A stretch of 64,000 nucleotides of DNA. Source: Azolla caroliniana (taxonomy: Eukaryota; Plantae; Polypodiophyta). The stretch covers positions 7,130,001 through 7,194,000 of the forward strand of contig JBHGNT010000014.1 in NCBI GenBank assembly GCA_043228905.1. The letters run 5' to 3'. Of this stretch, positions 1-11,184 are shown one piece after another. The notes below the pieces were generated by a model. It was not told where the DNA came from and ran no database searches. It saw nothing but the letters and a program-made list of their open reading frames with translations. A program made the position numbers and the translations under genes. How positions within the stretch are numbered: position 1 is the first letter of the stretch; every line of letters begins with the position of its first letter.

Positions 1-2462
1 TGATCGAAGAAAATCGTGCGAGTGGGTCAAGGACCACTCAATCAGATAGTCGGATGTTGTACACGGAGGCGGATTGGCCCCGTGGGCGTGGAGGATGAGG
101 TGGGTTGGCACGCAATAGCGGTGATAGGAAAGAGCAGAACCGGAGACACAATGATGATGCCGACAACAATTTCGAACCCTTCACAAGCAAGGAAGTTAAG
201 GCAATGCCAGAAATCGGCAATCGAAAGCCGACACGGAATGCTGGTATTGTGGCAAGAAGGGACACTAAGAGAGTGAGTGTTGGAAGAAGCGCGCCGATTT
301 AGATAAATCCGGATCTAGCAAGGCCGGACAAGGCAACTGGCAAAGCTCAGACTACATAGGAGGATCGGAAGGATCCAGAACCGGTAAGACCGGAGAAGGG
401 CCAATTTTCGTGATGAAACACAAGGTGAACTCAATGAAGAAGACCACTTCCAGATCGGAGGAAGTGTGGTACGTTGACTCCGGAGTGTCTAACCACATGA
501 TGAGCCACGAGGAGTGGTTCTCGTTTTTGGAAAATTAGAGAACCGGGAGTTGTTGAAACCGGAGATGACACTCCTCACCCGATCATGCATGTCAGAAAAG
601 TTCCCTTAAGTCATGTCGGACAAAAAAGGAAGCTTATGAATGTGCTTCACATCCCGACAATCAGAAAGAACCTGGTGTCGGTTGGGCCGATCATCGACCA
701 GGGGATGCAGGTGCGATTTATGCATCTCGGGTGCTTCATTAAGGAAGAGGTATGGATCATCGCGCAAGGGTGCCAAGACGGGAGGTTGTTCATCCTGCAA
801 AAGGTCAGAAGGTTGAGTCGGATATCAACTTGTGGCACAAGAGGATCGACAGATCAATTACCAGAGGCTTCAAGACTTGCAATCAAAACAAGTTGTTTTC
901 GGATTGCCAAAATTCAGTGGCCGGAAAGCCCAAATTTGTGAAGCCTGCTAACTCAGAAACTGGAGCCATAACAAGCTCGACTTGATACATTCAGATGTTT
1001 GGGGACCGACACATAACATTCTTCTCGTCGTGAGCCGATATTTCATCTCCATCATCGATGATTACAACCGGCACACATGAATCTACCTAATCGAAAGGAA
1101 AAGCGAATTTTTTTATTGTTTCCGGAAACCTGCAAAGTCTTGTCGAACGGGAAACAAAGAGGAAGATGGAGAAAAAGAATACTTTTCCGGCCAATTCAAC
1201 AGTTATCTGCAACAAATGGGAATTCATAGAGAATTCAGTTGCATATACACACCAGAACAAAATGGTGTGGCCGAAAGGAAGAACCGGTCTCTATTGTGGA
1301 GGTGACATGGGCAATGTTGGAGGAGAAGAGCGTCCCCAAGTTCTACTGGGCCAAAGCGGTCTGAACGGCTGTCTACATCCAAAACCGGATTGGGGATAAG
1401 GTGTCAGCACACGAACTATATTTCGGATAGAAGCCGAATTTAAGACACCTTAGGATATTCGGTAGCATTGCATAGATGCACGTGCCCAATGAGAAGCGGA
1501 GAAACCTACACTCGTAGTCGGAGAAGTGCATCCTTGTCGGCTACTTACATGAGCAAAAGGGTTATAAGTGCTATAAACCATGAACAAAACGAGTTCGAGT
1601 GAGCCAAGATGTCGAATTTGATTAGTCGGCATCATGGTACTCTCTCCCGACTCCGATGTCCAACTCCGGCCCAATTCCGGAGGATGAGGCTAGTGAGCCC
1701 GAAACAATCCCGGCAAAATATGAAGAAGGATTCGTTACTCTAGATTACAGTTTGATCTCATTCCGGCTAAATGGGCCGAATGGGCGACTGAGTTGGAATG
1801 ACCAGTCAAAGGAAGAGCCGGCGAGTAGTGGAGACTCGGCCATCCTCTCCCCGCGCAAGGAACCAGGGAGACGGTTCACGCGCAAAGAGAAAGGGAAGAA
1901 GAAGATTCTGGAATATGCCACCAGCAGAGATGAGTTGAATCAGAGCGAATCTAGCTTTGGGAAGAACGAAGACGAACCTTTGGAAGAGAAGTCTGAGTCG
2001 GCCAATAAGGCCAAGAAACCAGCTGAGCAGAAGTTGCCCTGATCAACTCACCAAAAGAACCTTGTCAAACAGTATGGGTATAACGAGTACATGGCGCATC
2101 ACTATGCGTACATGACAAAGGTGGCGAAAGTGTGTGAGCTGAAGAGCTACGCAAATTGACATGCCACTATGGAGGAAGAGATGCACACACTCACAAAAAA
2201 TGAGACGTGGGCTTTAGTGGACGTACCGAAAGGAGTGAACCCGATCAATTGCCGATGGGTATACAAGGTTAAATACAGCACCGACGACTCCGTCAACCGG
2301 TAGAAGGGTGTGGTTAGTGGCAAAGGGCTACGTGCATAAGCACGACATTCACGACGATGAGAGGTTCGCACCAGTCGCAAAGATGACAATCGTCCGTGTC
2401 TTGCTTGCGGTGGCAACGGTGAAGGCATGATATCTACATTAGGTGGATGTGAAAAATGCATT
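1..2462 (+). pseudogene. Decayed Ty1/Copia internal fragment (gag zinc knuckle, protease, integrase, start of RT)
   Basis: Broken-frame motifs in Copia order: CGKKGH*ESEC (~250), WYVDSGVSNHM (~470), LWHKR (~830), HSDVWGP (~990), WALVDVPKGVNPINCRWVYKVKY (~2210). Many stops and frameshifts. Confidence 0.9.
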
Positions 2463-2469
2463 TCGGCAT

Positions 2470-3100
2470 ATGAGGTGACCTTTCTTTCCCGTCACTAGTA
2501 CGACATCCTCAAAGTTTGCTTCAAGTCATAAAGGCTCTTCTTCAATCAGCATATGGGGTGACCTTTCTTTCCCGTCACTGTTAGCCTACAGGCTGGAACA
2601 TATAAATGTCCTCTTCCAGATCTTCATGGAGGAAAGCTATCTTGATATCCAATTTCTCGAGCTCCAGATCATCTATCTCCATGGCTCCTAATAGGAGCTG
2701 AAGGTTGTCATCGTGACGACGGGTGAAAAGATCTCATCGTGGTCGAATTTGTGTTCCTGTTTGGATCTTCTGTCACCACGACTCCTAGGAGGAGCTGAAG
2801 GGTTGTCATCGTGACAATGGGTGAGAAGATCTCTTCATAGTCGACGTCATGTTCCTGTTTGAAACCCTTGGTGACAAGTTGAGCTTTGTACTTGGGTTGT
2901 TCCCAACCAGATACATACTTGTACTTGTAAACCCATTTGAAGGGCCGCAACTTCCTTTCGGCTGGTAATTCAACCAACTCCATGTGTCATTTTGTTGAAC
3001 GGAGTCCATCTCGAATAACATGGCTTGTTGCTATGTTTTGGCATCCGACGTAGTAATGTCTTCTTCGTATGAGCTCAGTACTCCTACGTTGACATAGTCT
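2470..3100 (-). pseudogene. Copia RT N-terminal fragment, opposite orientation, with local duplications
   Basis: ORF 2708-2983 contains KWVYKYK..KYKAQLVTKGFKQEHDVDYEEIFSPIVTMTT. The segments GGTGACCTTTCTTTCCCGTCACT and GGTTGTCATCGTGAC each occur twice. Confidence 0.85.
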
Positions 3101-3509
3101 AGACTCAGTTGATTGAGGAGGCTAACTTGCCAGATATTTTGAACGAGAATGCCAACGAAGATGAGATTAAGGAGAAAAACCCATACGAGGATGAAGATGA
3201 GGATGTGAACAATGAAAAAAACTAATTACTGATTTTTAGGTTCGACCGTGCAAGGCATTGTCCCACGAGCATGCCATATGTTAGCCGGTCAGCCAGCCAA
3301 GTATATAGCTCGACAAGCTAGTCGTAGTCATAGAGGACTAATGTGAAAGGATAGTCGAGAAAAATATTATTAAGCCTGGGCAGCTATTCGTAGAGTTTGG
3401 GCAACTATTCCTATTTTGCTGGATGCAGGTGATGATGTAAAGTGGAATTACGTTCCAGCTCGTTGGTTGTTTCCACCACCAGCACCGTTCTTAGGGTATA
3501 CAATGTGGC

Positions 3510-4720
3510 AAGGATGAGTGAGGATGTTGTTGTTGAGGGTTGAAGCAAAATTTCATGAGGACCGTTCAGTCATTTTGTTTATTGTCTATACAAGAACTTG
3601 GTGAAAATAGCGAGAGGGTTGCTGTGGAATTATTTTGAAGCAGATTTAGGTAGATAACTTTTAGAACGATGAATGAAGACGGGGACAGAGGCAAATACAA
3701 ATTTCCATGATGGTTTGAGGAGTGTGTATATACAGGAAAATGTTGAAAGTGGAGAGGATTTTGATGCAAAATGGCGACCTGTTTTGATGTGGAAGTTTTT
3801 TTGAAGCAAACTTATTTATTTTCAATTTTTAGAATGATGAGTGAAGATGGTGGCGGAGGCAGAAGCAAGGTTTCATGAGGGTTTGAGGAGCGTGGATTCA
3901 TTCAAGTCTTTTTTTTGTAGGTACAGAACTCGGGTGATAAATGGCAAGATGGTTGTAGTGGAAAATGAAGCTGATTTATTTTGAAAGGATGAGTGAAGAT
4001 GGTGGCGGAGGCTGAAGCAAGGTTTCATGAGGGTTTGAGGAGAATGGATTCATTCTGGTTTTTGTAGGTAAAGGACTCGAGAGATGAATGACAAGATGGT
4101 TGTAGTGGAAAATGAAGTTTATTTAATTTTGGAAGGATGAGTGAAGATGGTGGTGGAGGTAGAAGCAAGGTTTCATGAGGGTTTCAGGAGACTGGATTCA
4201 TTCAGTTTTTTTTGTAGGTACAGGACTCGGGTGATGAATGGCAAGAGGATCTTGATGCAAAATGGAGAGATAGTTGATGTGGAAGTTTTTGAAGAAGTCT
4301 TATTTTTTTCAGTTTTCAGAATGATGAGTGAAGATGGTGGTGGAGGTAGAAGCAAGGTTTTATGTGGGTGAGGAGAGTGGATTAATTATGTTTTGTGTAT
4401 GTACATGAAATTGCTGAAAATAGAGAGTTCATGACTCGGGCAATAACTAGCTAGATGGATGTTGTGGAAAAGGAAGCTGATTTATTTTTTAAAGGATGAG
4501 TGAGGATGTTATTGAGGGTTGAAGCAAAATGTCATGTGTGGATGAGGACAACTAATTTTTTCTTTGTTGTCTATACAGGAATTTCATGGAAAATGGAGAG
4601 ATGGCTGATGTGGAAATATTTTGAAGCACATTTATTTGTTTTTAGTTTATACAATGATGAGCGAAGATGGTGGCGAAGGCAGAAGCAAATTTTGATGAGG
4701 GTCTCAGGGGAGTGGATTGA
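3510..4720. repeat. Degenerate tandem array, about 8 units of roughly 150-185 bp
   Basis: Core GATGAGTGAAGATGGTGG(C/T)GGAGG(C/T)(A/T)GAAGCAAGGTTT recurs near 3837, 3988, 4137 and 4323, with more diverged copies near 3513, 3668, 4496 and 4656. Confidence 0.8.
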
Positions 4721-5112
4721 GTAGAGAACCATTATTTTTATATGGTAGGCTCATCTAGCTCATTTGGATATGATGAAATCTTACATGTAGCAGCGATCAA
4801 CGAATCATTGTGAAAGAAGATATATCACTACATGTTGAATACGATGGAATTGATGCTAGGGGCTTTGGCATGGCATCAACATTACTTGGTGATATGGACG
4901 CTGGTAGGGAAACAATATTACTTAGGGAGAAGTTCACTGATATTATCTTGTATCTTGCCTTTATCTTTATCTAGAAAGATTGGCTACACATTATTCATTG
5001 TAATGTTGGATTATTTTGTATCTCATCTTTGGCTATTTTAATCTTAATACTAATGGAGGATAATTTTTATGGAAAAAAGAAAATATATATTATTAAGCCA
5101 AGTAAAAAATAT

Positions 5113-5526
5113 TAGGACGGTTCATTGAGTATAACTATAGGATTCTTGCCGAATAGGCTGTTGTACAATTCTTGAAAAGACTCATAGGCCACCTATAAGA
5201 AGAGGGCAAGAACATTGTAACATGATCGATCTGTATCGTTATAAGTCAAGTATAGGATGGTTCGTTGAGTATAACTATAGGATTCTTGGCGAACAAGCTA
5301 TTGTACAATTCTTGAAAAGACTCTTAGGCCACCTATAAGAAGAGGGCAAGAACATTGTAACATGATCGATCTGTATCGTTATAAGTCAAGTATAGGATGG
5401 TTCGTTGAGTATAACTATAGGATTCTTGGCGAACAAGCTATTGTACAATTCTTGAAAAGACTCTTAGGCCACCTATAAGAAGAGGGCAAGAACATTGTAA
5501 CATGATCGATCTGTATCGTTATAAGT
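5113..5526 (+). repeat. Three tandem 140-bp copies of an LTR core-promoter segment
   Basis: ATAACTATAG recurs at 5131, 5271 and 5411. Each unit contains CACCTATAAGAAGAGGGCAAGAACATTGTAACA, similar to the reverse complement of the solo LTR at ~24230-24315. Confidence 0.85.
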
Positions 5527-6419
5527 TAATATGATTTTGAGTTAGAGTATATTTTTTATTCTTAACTATTATTCAGTATTCTGTGTTAACTGCTAATCCA
5601 AATTTCCTCTTACTCATGATCTATATAATCGATCATAGAGAGTATTTGCAATCAAAGTGAATTGATTAAGTAATTTAGTATCTGTATATTTTTTAGTGTT
5701 GAAGTAAGTGGCAATCATAATCGACCAACTCCAGTCTCCGACCATAGTCTTATTGATAGGACGATTCTGGGTAAGTGATTCGATTAGTTGATAGGGAACA
5801 ACACCCATCACGATCTCCATCGAACACAGGTTTAACCAATGCCGACTGGACACCCGCACTGGTTGAAGAATCTGAACCAATCATTTTGACACCAAGGAGA
5901 TCAAGTTGAGTCTGAGGGCCAGGTCCTGATCCTCGTTCTGGTCGGAGTCCCCCAGGGCTTGTTGTCTTTCTGTTTGTTGTAATTGTTCCGCTACGGAGTT
6001 CACTCTGAATCTTTATCCTGATCCATGCCTATTTGTTGGAGGTTTTCCCCTTAATGGATGTCAAATGTGCTCAAAGGGTTCTTGATGTAATAAACCCCAA
6101 GTTGTTTTTTTCCCCTTCGTATGTTGCTATGATGAAACTTGTCTTGTTTCTCAGCATAAAATAAGACTTTGGGCTCATGTAAGAAACCTCTAACAAGAAT
6201 TTGGCCACTTTTCGAAAGAACAGATCAGGATCTCCTTGAGTCCTATATTCTTTGGCCGAGAATGAGTCCAAGATCTCTATCTCTACTGCATCTATCTCAA
6301 TGGCCCAATCGTTCTCTAGATTTAGTATCTTCTCTAGATAGGTCTCTTTAGAATCGGATTTCTGCCTCTAGAGCAAAGGTGTCACCGCATGAGCTATATT
6401 TTGGGCGAAATTTGAATTT

Positions 6420-7240
6420 GGCAAGCCTCAGGGTATTCGTTAGCATTGCATATATGCATATACTGGACGAGAGATGAAGGAAGTTGGATGCCAAGTCTGA
6501 GAAATGTATCTTGATCGGATACTCGCACGAGCACAAGGGGCACAAATGCTACAACCCTCAGTCAAAGCTAGTGCAACTGAGTTGTGATGTCGTCTTTGAT
6601 GAACCTTCGTCTTGGTACTCCATTCCGCCTCCAACCCTTGAATCCTCTGAACCGAATTCTGAAGTCGAGGCTCACCTTATGGATGTGGACAAAACCAACA
6701 CTCAAGAGGAGAGTCCGATCTCATTTTGGCTAAGTGTATCGAATGAGGGGCTGAGCCAAAACGGTCAGTCGGATGAAGAGTTGGTGAGTAGCTACGACTT
6801 GACTGTGTAGTCCTCGCGCTAGAAGCCGAGGAGGCGGTTTACGTGCAAAGAGAAGGGGAAGATGAAGATGTCAGAGTACGACACAGATGTTTGTGCATCA
6901 GTTTCGGAAGAATCTGATGTAGTCAGGAGTGATAAGGAACCTCCAGAGTTGTGGTTTGACATGGCCAAGAGGGCCATAAAATCGGGCAACCAGAAGTTGT
7001 GTTGATCCACTACCAAAAGAACCCCATAGTTCACTACGGGTACGACGACTATATGGCACAACACTATGTGTATATGGCAAAGGTACCGGAAGTGCATGAG
7101 CCGGAGAGTTACATAGAGGTGGTGAAGGATGCCAATGACGATATGGTGCATCACTATGTCTATATGGCAAAGGTACCGGAAGTGCGTGAGCCGGAGAGTT
7201 AAATAGAGGCAACGAAGGATGTCAATTGGTGGAAGGCCAT
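6420..7240 (+). pseudogene. Copia integrase C-terminus/linker fragment with a 90-bp in-frame tandem duplication
   Basis: KLDAKSEKCILIGYSHEHKGHKCYNP. HYVYMAKVPEVxEPES occurs twice (AGGTACCGGA at 7081 and 7171). Confidence 0.85.
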
Positions 7241-7550
7241 TGTCATGATATGGCTCCAAAAGGATTTGAACACATAACCTTATGTCACATGGGTTGAAGC
7301 TATACCATTAAACTATGCATTATAATACAAAAGATATTATTTTTATTTATTATTTCATTATATATAATTCATGTATATTCTAGATTACTCTGGAACATTC
7401 TAGAAACTTTGGGAATATTCCTGATAACACTATAAATAGAGGCCCATGGCATTATTTAGAACCAATTTGGTTCAATGCCAGTCTTAAACCTCGTAGCTAT
7501 CCTTGTACTCTTATTCATATAATATACTTCATGTTATCATACTTCTCTTT

Positions 7551-7591
<41 letters not shown>

Positions 7592-7651
7592 GATCCTCAC
7601 ATGGTCTTTTCTCTCTTCTCTACCTCTGTCATACTAATTCTCTCTGCGTCT
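7241..7651 (+). mobile_element. Chromovirus-family LTR interrupted near its 3' end by element A; remainder at 21944-21958
   Basis: Starts TGTCATGATATGG, has CTATAAATA and a (CT)n tract. After element A's TSD the sequence resumes AGTACATTCATGACA, resembling the family U5 end. Confidence 0.75.
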
Positions 7652-10600
7652 TGTTAGGAATAGTACTAAAACAGAAAAAGAATTAGTACTAGAGAAGGGA
7701 AGTACTATTAGTACTAAGAGGACTGACTGCATAAGACTCACGAGAGAGGAAGAGAGAAAAGGAGAGAGAGAGAGAGAGTGATGATAACATGTGATATATT
7801 ATGTGAAGAGTAAATACAAAATAGCTATGAGGCTTAAGACTGGCGTTGAACCAATTTGGTTCAAAATAATGCCTTGTGCCTCCTTTTATAGTGTTCTCAG
7901 GAGTAGTCTTGAAGCTTCTAGAATGTTTGAGAGAAAAATCTGGAATATACATCAATTTTCTATAGTAAAACTTAAATGAAAATAATATCCTACATATTAC
8001 GATAGATAGTGTAATGGTCAAGAGCTCCACCCATATAACATAAGGTCATAGGTTTGAGTCTTGCCATATCATGACACTATCCCCCCTTAAAACGACGAGT
8101 GTTACGAGCTGGCGTTGATTGGGGACCAGGTTTGTCCGGATACTGCCGGTGGAAATCAACAAGATATGCTTGACGGGTTCCCAAATACGTTCGCTCAATC
8201 AACCAAATAATAAAGTTTGTTGCGAACAAACTTGGAGTCAAGGATGGCAACAACTTCATACTCCGGGCTAGCGTCCAACTCACGTGCGGGTGGTGGTGGT
8301 GTAACACGATCGGGAATAGTGTTGGCCTGATAAGGTTCAAGAACAGAACTATGGAAGACAGGATGTATCTGAAGGTGTGGAGGAAAGATCAATGCGGAAT
8401 GTGACATCATTAATCTTGCCGGTAATACGGAAAGGACCGAGTCGTCGATAATCCAATTTGTCGCATGGTCGAGTAGTCTTGATGTGACGACGTAAGAGCC
8501 ATACTCGATCTCTGATGGCAAAAGAGGAGGGAAGCCGATCACGATCTGCATAAGTCTTTTGTGTTTGTTGAGCATGACGAAGACGAGTAGATAGATCCGA
8601 ATCTTGCGTAGCCTCTCCAAATGATCCTCAACACGAGGATTGGTAGGTAGCTCCGGAGTGTCAATCACAGACCATCGAGGATGAGAACCGGTGTAAGAGT
8701 AAAATGGGGAGACCCGACTGGAGGAGTGAATAGCGTTATTATAAGCAAACTCAGCAAAGTGGAGAATATCAGCCCAATCGTCTTGTTGATAACTCAGAAA
8801 ACATTGAAGATATTGTTCCAACGTTTGGTTTGTTCGTTCCGCTTGCCCATCAATTAGGGGACAATAGTTGGAGGAGAGGTTGCAAGAGACCTTGATCATC
8901 TTGAAGAGATGCTTCCAAAATTTGGAGATGAATTGAGGTTCTCAGTCACTGATGATACTGTCAGGGAGGTCATGATGCCGAAAAACCTCACGCATGACAA
9001 GGCGGCGGTTTCCTCACTAGTGATGGCCTTAGTACAAGGCACAAAATGTGCCATCGTAGTATATCAGTCAATGACGGTTAAGATAGCATCGAAGCCCTTC
9101 GAGACTAGAAGATCTATGATAAAATCAAGGCAAATGGATTGCCACGGCTTACTTGGAATTGGTAAGGATTCCAACAAGCCATATGGATGATGTTGTGGCA
9201 TCTTTGCTCGACAACAAGCATCACAGGTCTGAATGTAATCATTGACAAAACGCCGCATATGGGGCCACCAAAAAGATCGTTGTACTAGTGTAAAGAATCA
9301 AGAGATGGATTCTTGTGAAGCGGAAGAGATGTGAGTTATGTGTGTGTGTAAGAGAGAGAGAGAGAGTGAAACACAGAGAATACGCAAGGTAAAAGTATAT
9401 TAACAAAGGAGAAAGACACAACTCTATACAAGGTGGGAGGAGGGTGCTTTATGTAGTCACCCTCTCTCTTCATTAACTACAAGGCTCATGGAGCATGGGG
9501 AATGTGAAAGCTCATAAGTTATGTGTCATAGAATATGGTTCTATGACTCATACTAAATGCTAGAATACAAAGTGGTGACATAATGGTGACTCTTGACCGT
9601 TGGAGTGTCTCTTCACTCTCAAGGTCAGTTCACACACTAGAGCAAGTTGAGCTTGATTCTCAACACGCCCCCTCAAGCTCAAGTCGGGTTGGTTTCAGAC
9701 GATATCCGAAATCCGCTTCAACTCGCGTTCCGGAGTCCGCATCGGCTCGCTTTATGCGGAGTTGCGGAATCCGTGCTCCAGTTTGCGTTGTGCGTAGTTA
9801 CGAAGTCTGTGCTTTGGCTTGCGTGCATAGTTGCGAAGTCTGTGCATCGGCTTGCGTCTTTCTTCGTGGCTTTGCGCGGTAGATCGGCTCTTCACTGCTT
9901 CGTTGCATGGTTGCGGAATCCACGCGTTATTGCGTAGTGTCTTCAGTACTCCCCCTCAAGCTTGGCAGGTTAGGGATCGTCAATCCGAGATCGGTCATGA
10001 ATTGCCACAGCTTGTCGGCTCCTAAGGCTTTAGTGAAGATGTCGGTCATTTGAAGATTGGTGTTAATGTGTTGTAGGTTGACATCGCCAGCCAGAACGAG
10101 CTCTCGGATGAAGTGATAGTGCACTTCGATGTGCTTTGTCCACGCGTGGAACACCGGGTTCCGAGCCAGATAGATACTGCTCATGTTGTCGCAGTAAAGG
10201 GAAGTCAGATCCTTGATGGGTACGTCCAGATCCTTCAAAATCCGCTTAAGCCATACGGCTTCACATGCAGCTATGGCTGCGCCCCTATATTCTGCCTCCG
10301 TACTCAAAAGAGCGACGGTAGGCTGCTTCTTACTACTCTAGGATATTGCTCCGTTGCCGAGGGAGAAAACAAATCCGGAGGTTGATCTTCTATCGGCTTT
10401 GTAGCCGGCCCAATCGGCGTCTGTGTACCCCTCGAGTCGTATTGGCATCGCGGTCTTGTAGAGGATGCCGCAATCCATTGTGCCGCTCACATATCGTAGG
10501 ACTCGCTTAACGCAATCCAAGTGAGTATCACGCGGTGTTTGCATGAATTGGCTAAGAAGACCAACCGGATAACTGAGATCAGGTTGAGTGATCGTGAGGT

Positions 10601-11184
10601 AGATGAGACTCCCGATGAGTTGCCGATACTGAGTCGGCTCACACGCTTTGGTGCCGGAGTTCGCATCTAGTTTGAGATTACGATCGAGAGGGGTTGCCAC
10701 GGATTTGCACTCAGCCATCCTGAACTTGTATAACAAGTTGAGGATGTAGTGCCGTTGAGAGATCATGATTCCGGCCGGAGTCCGAATTACCTCGATGCCG
10801 AGGAAGTAGTGGAGCTCCTTCATGTCTGTCATCTCAAACTTGTCGGAAAGGAGGGATTTGACCTTAGTGATTTCGACGAGATGCTCACCTCCAATGACTA
10901 GGTCATCCACATATAAGATGATGACGATCGGACTTGCGGAATCGCTTCGTATGTAGAGGGAGTTGTCCGATTTTGACATACGGAAGCCGATTTAATGAAG
11001 ATATTGCGTTATCTTCGAATGCCAAGCACGAGGTGCTTGCTTGAGGCCATAGAGTGGCTTCTTGAGTCGGCAAACAGCTTTCGGATGGGTGCTCGAGTTG
11101 AAGCCGGGTGGTTGGATCATGTACACCTCCTCTTCTAATTCGCCTTGTAGAAAGTCGTTCTTGGCGTCCATTTGATGGAGGTGC

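Noticed and set aside
5709-5895. Possible decayed PBS motifs (TGGCAATCATAA; reverse TGGTGTCAAAA)
   Set aside because: No adjacent CA-ending LTR boundary could be fixed; too degenerate to call.
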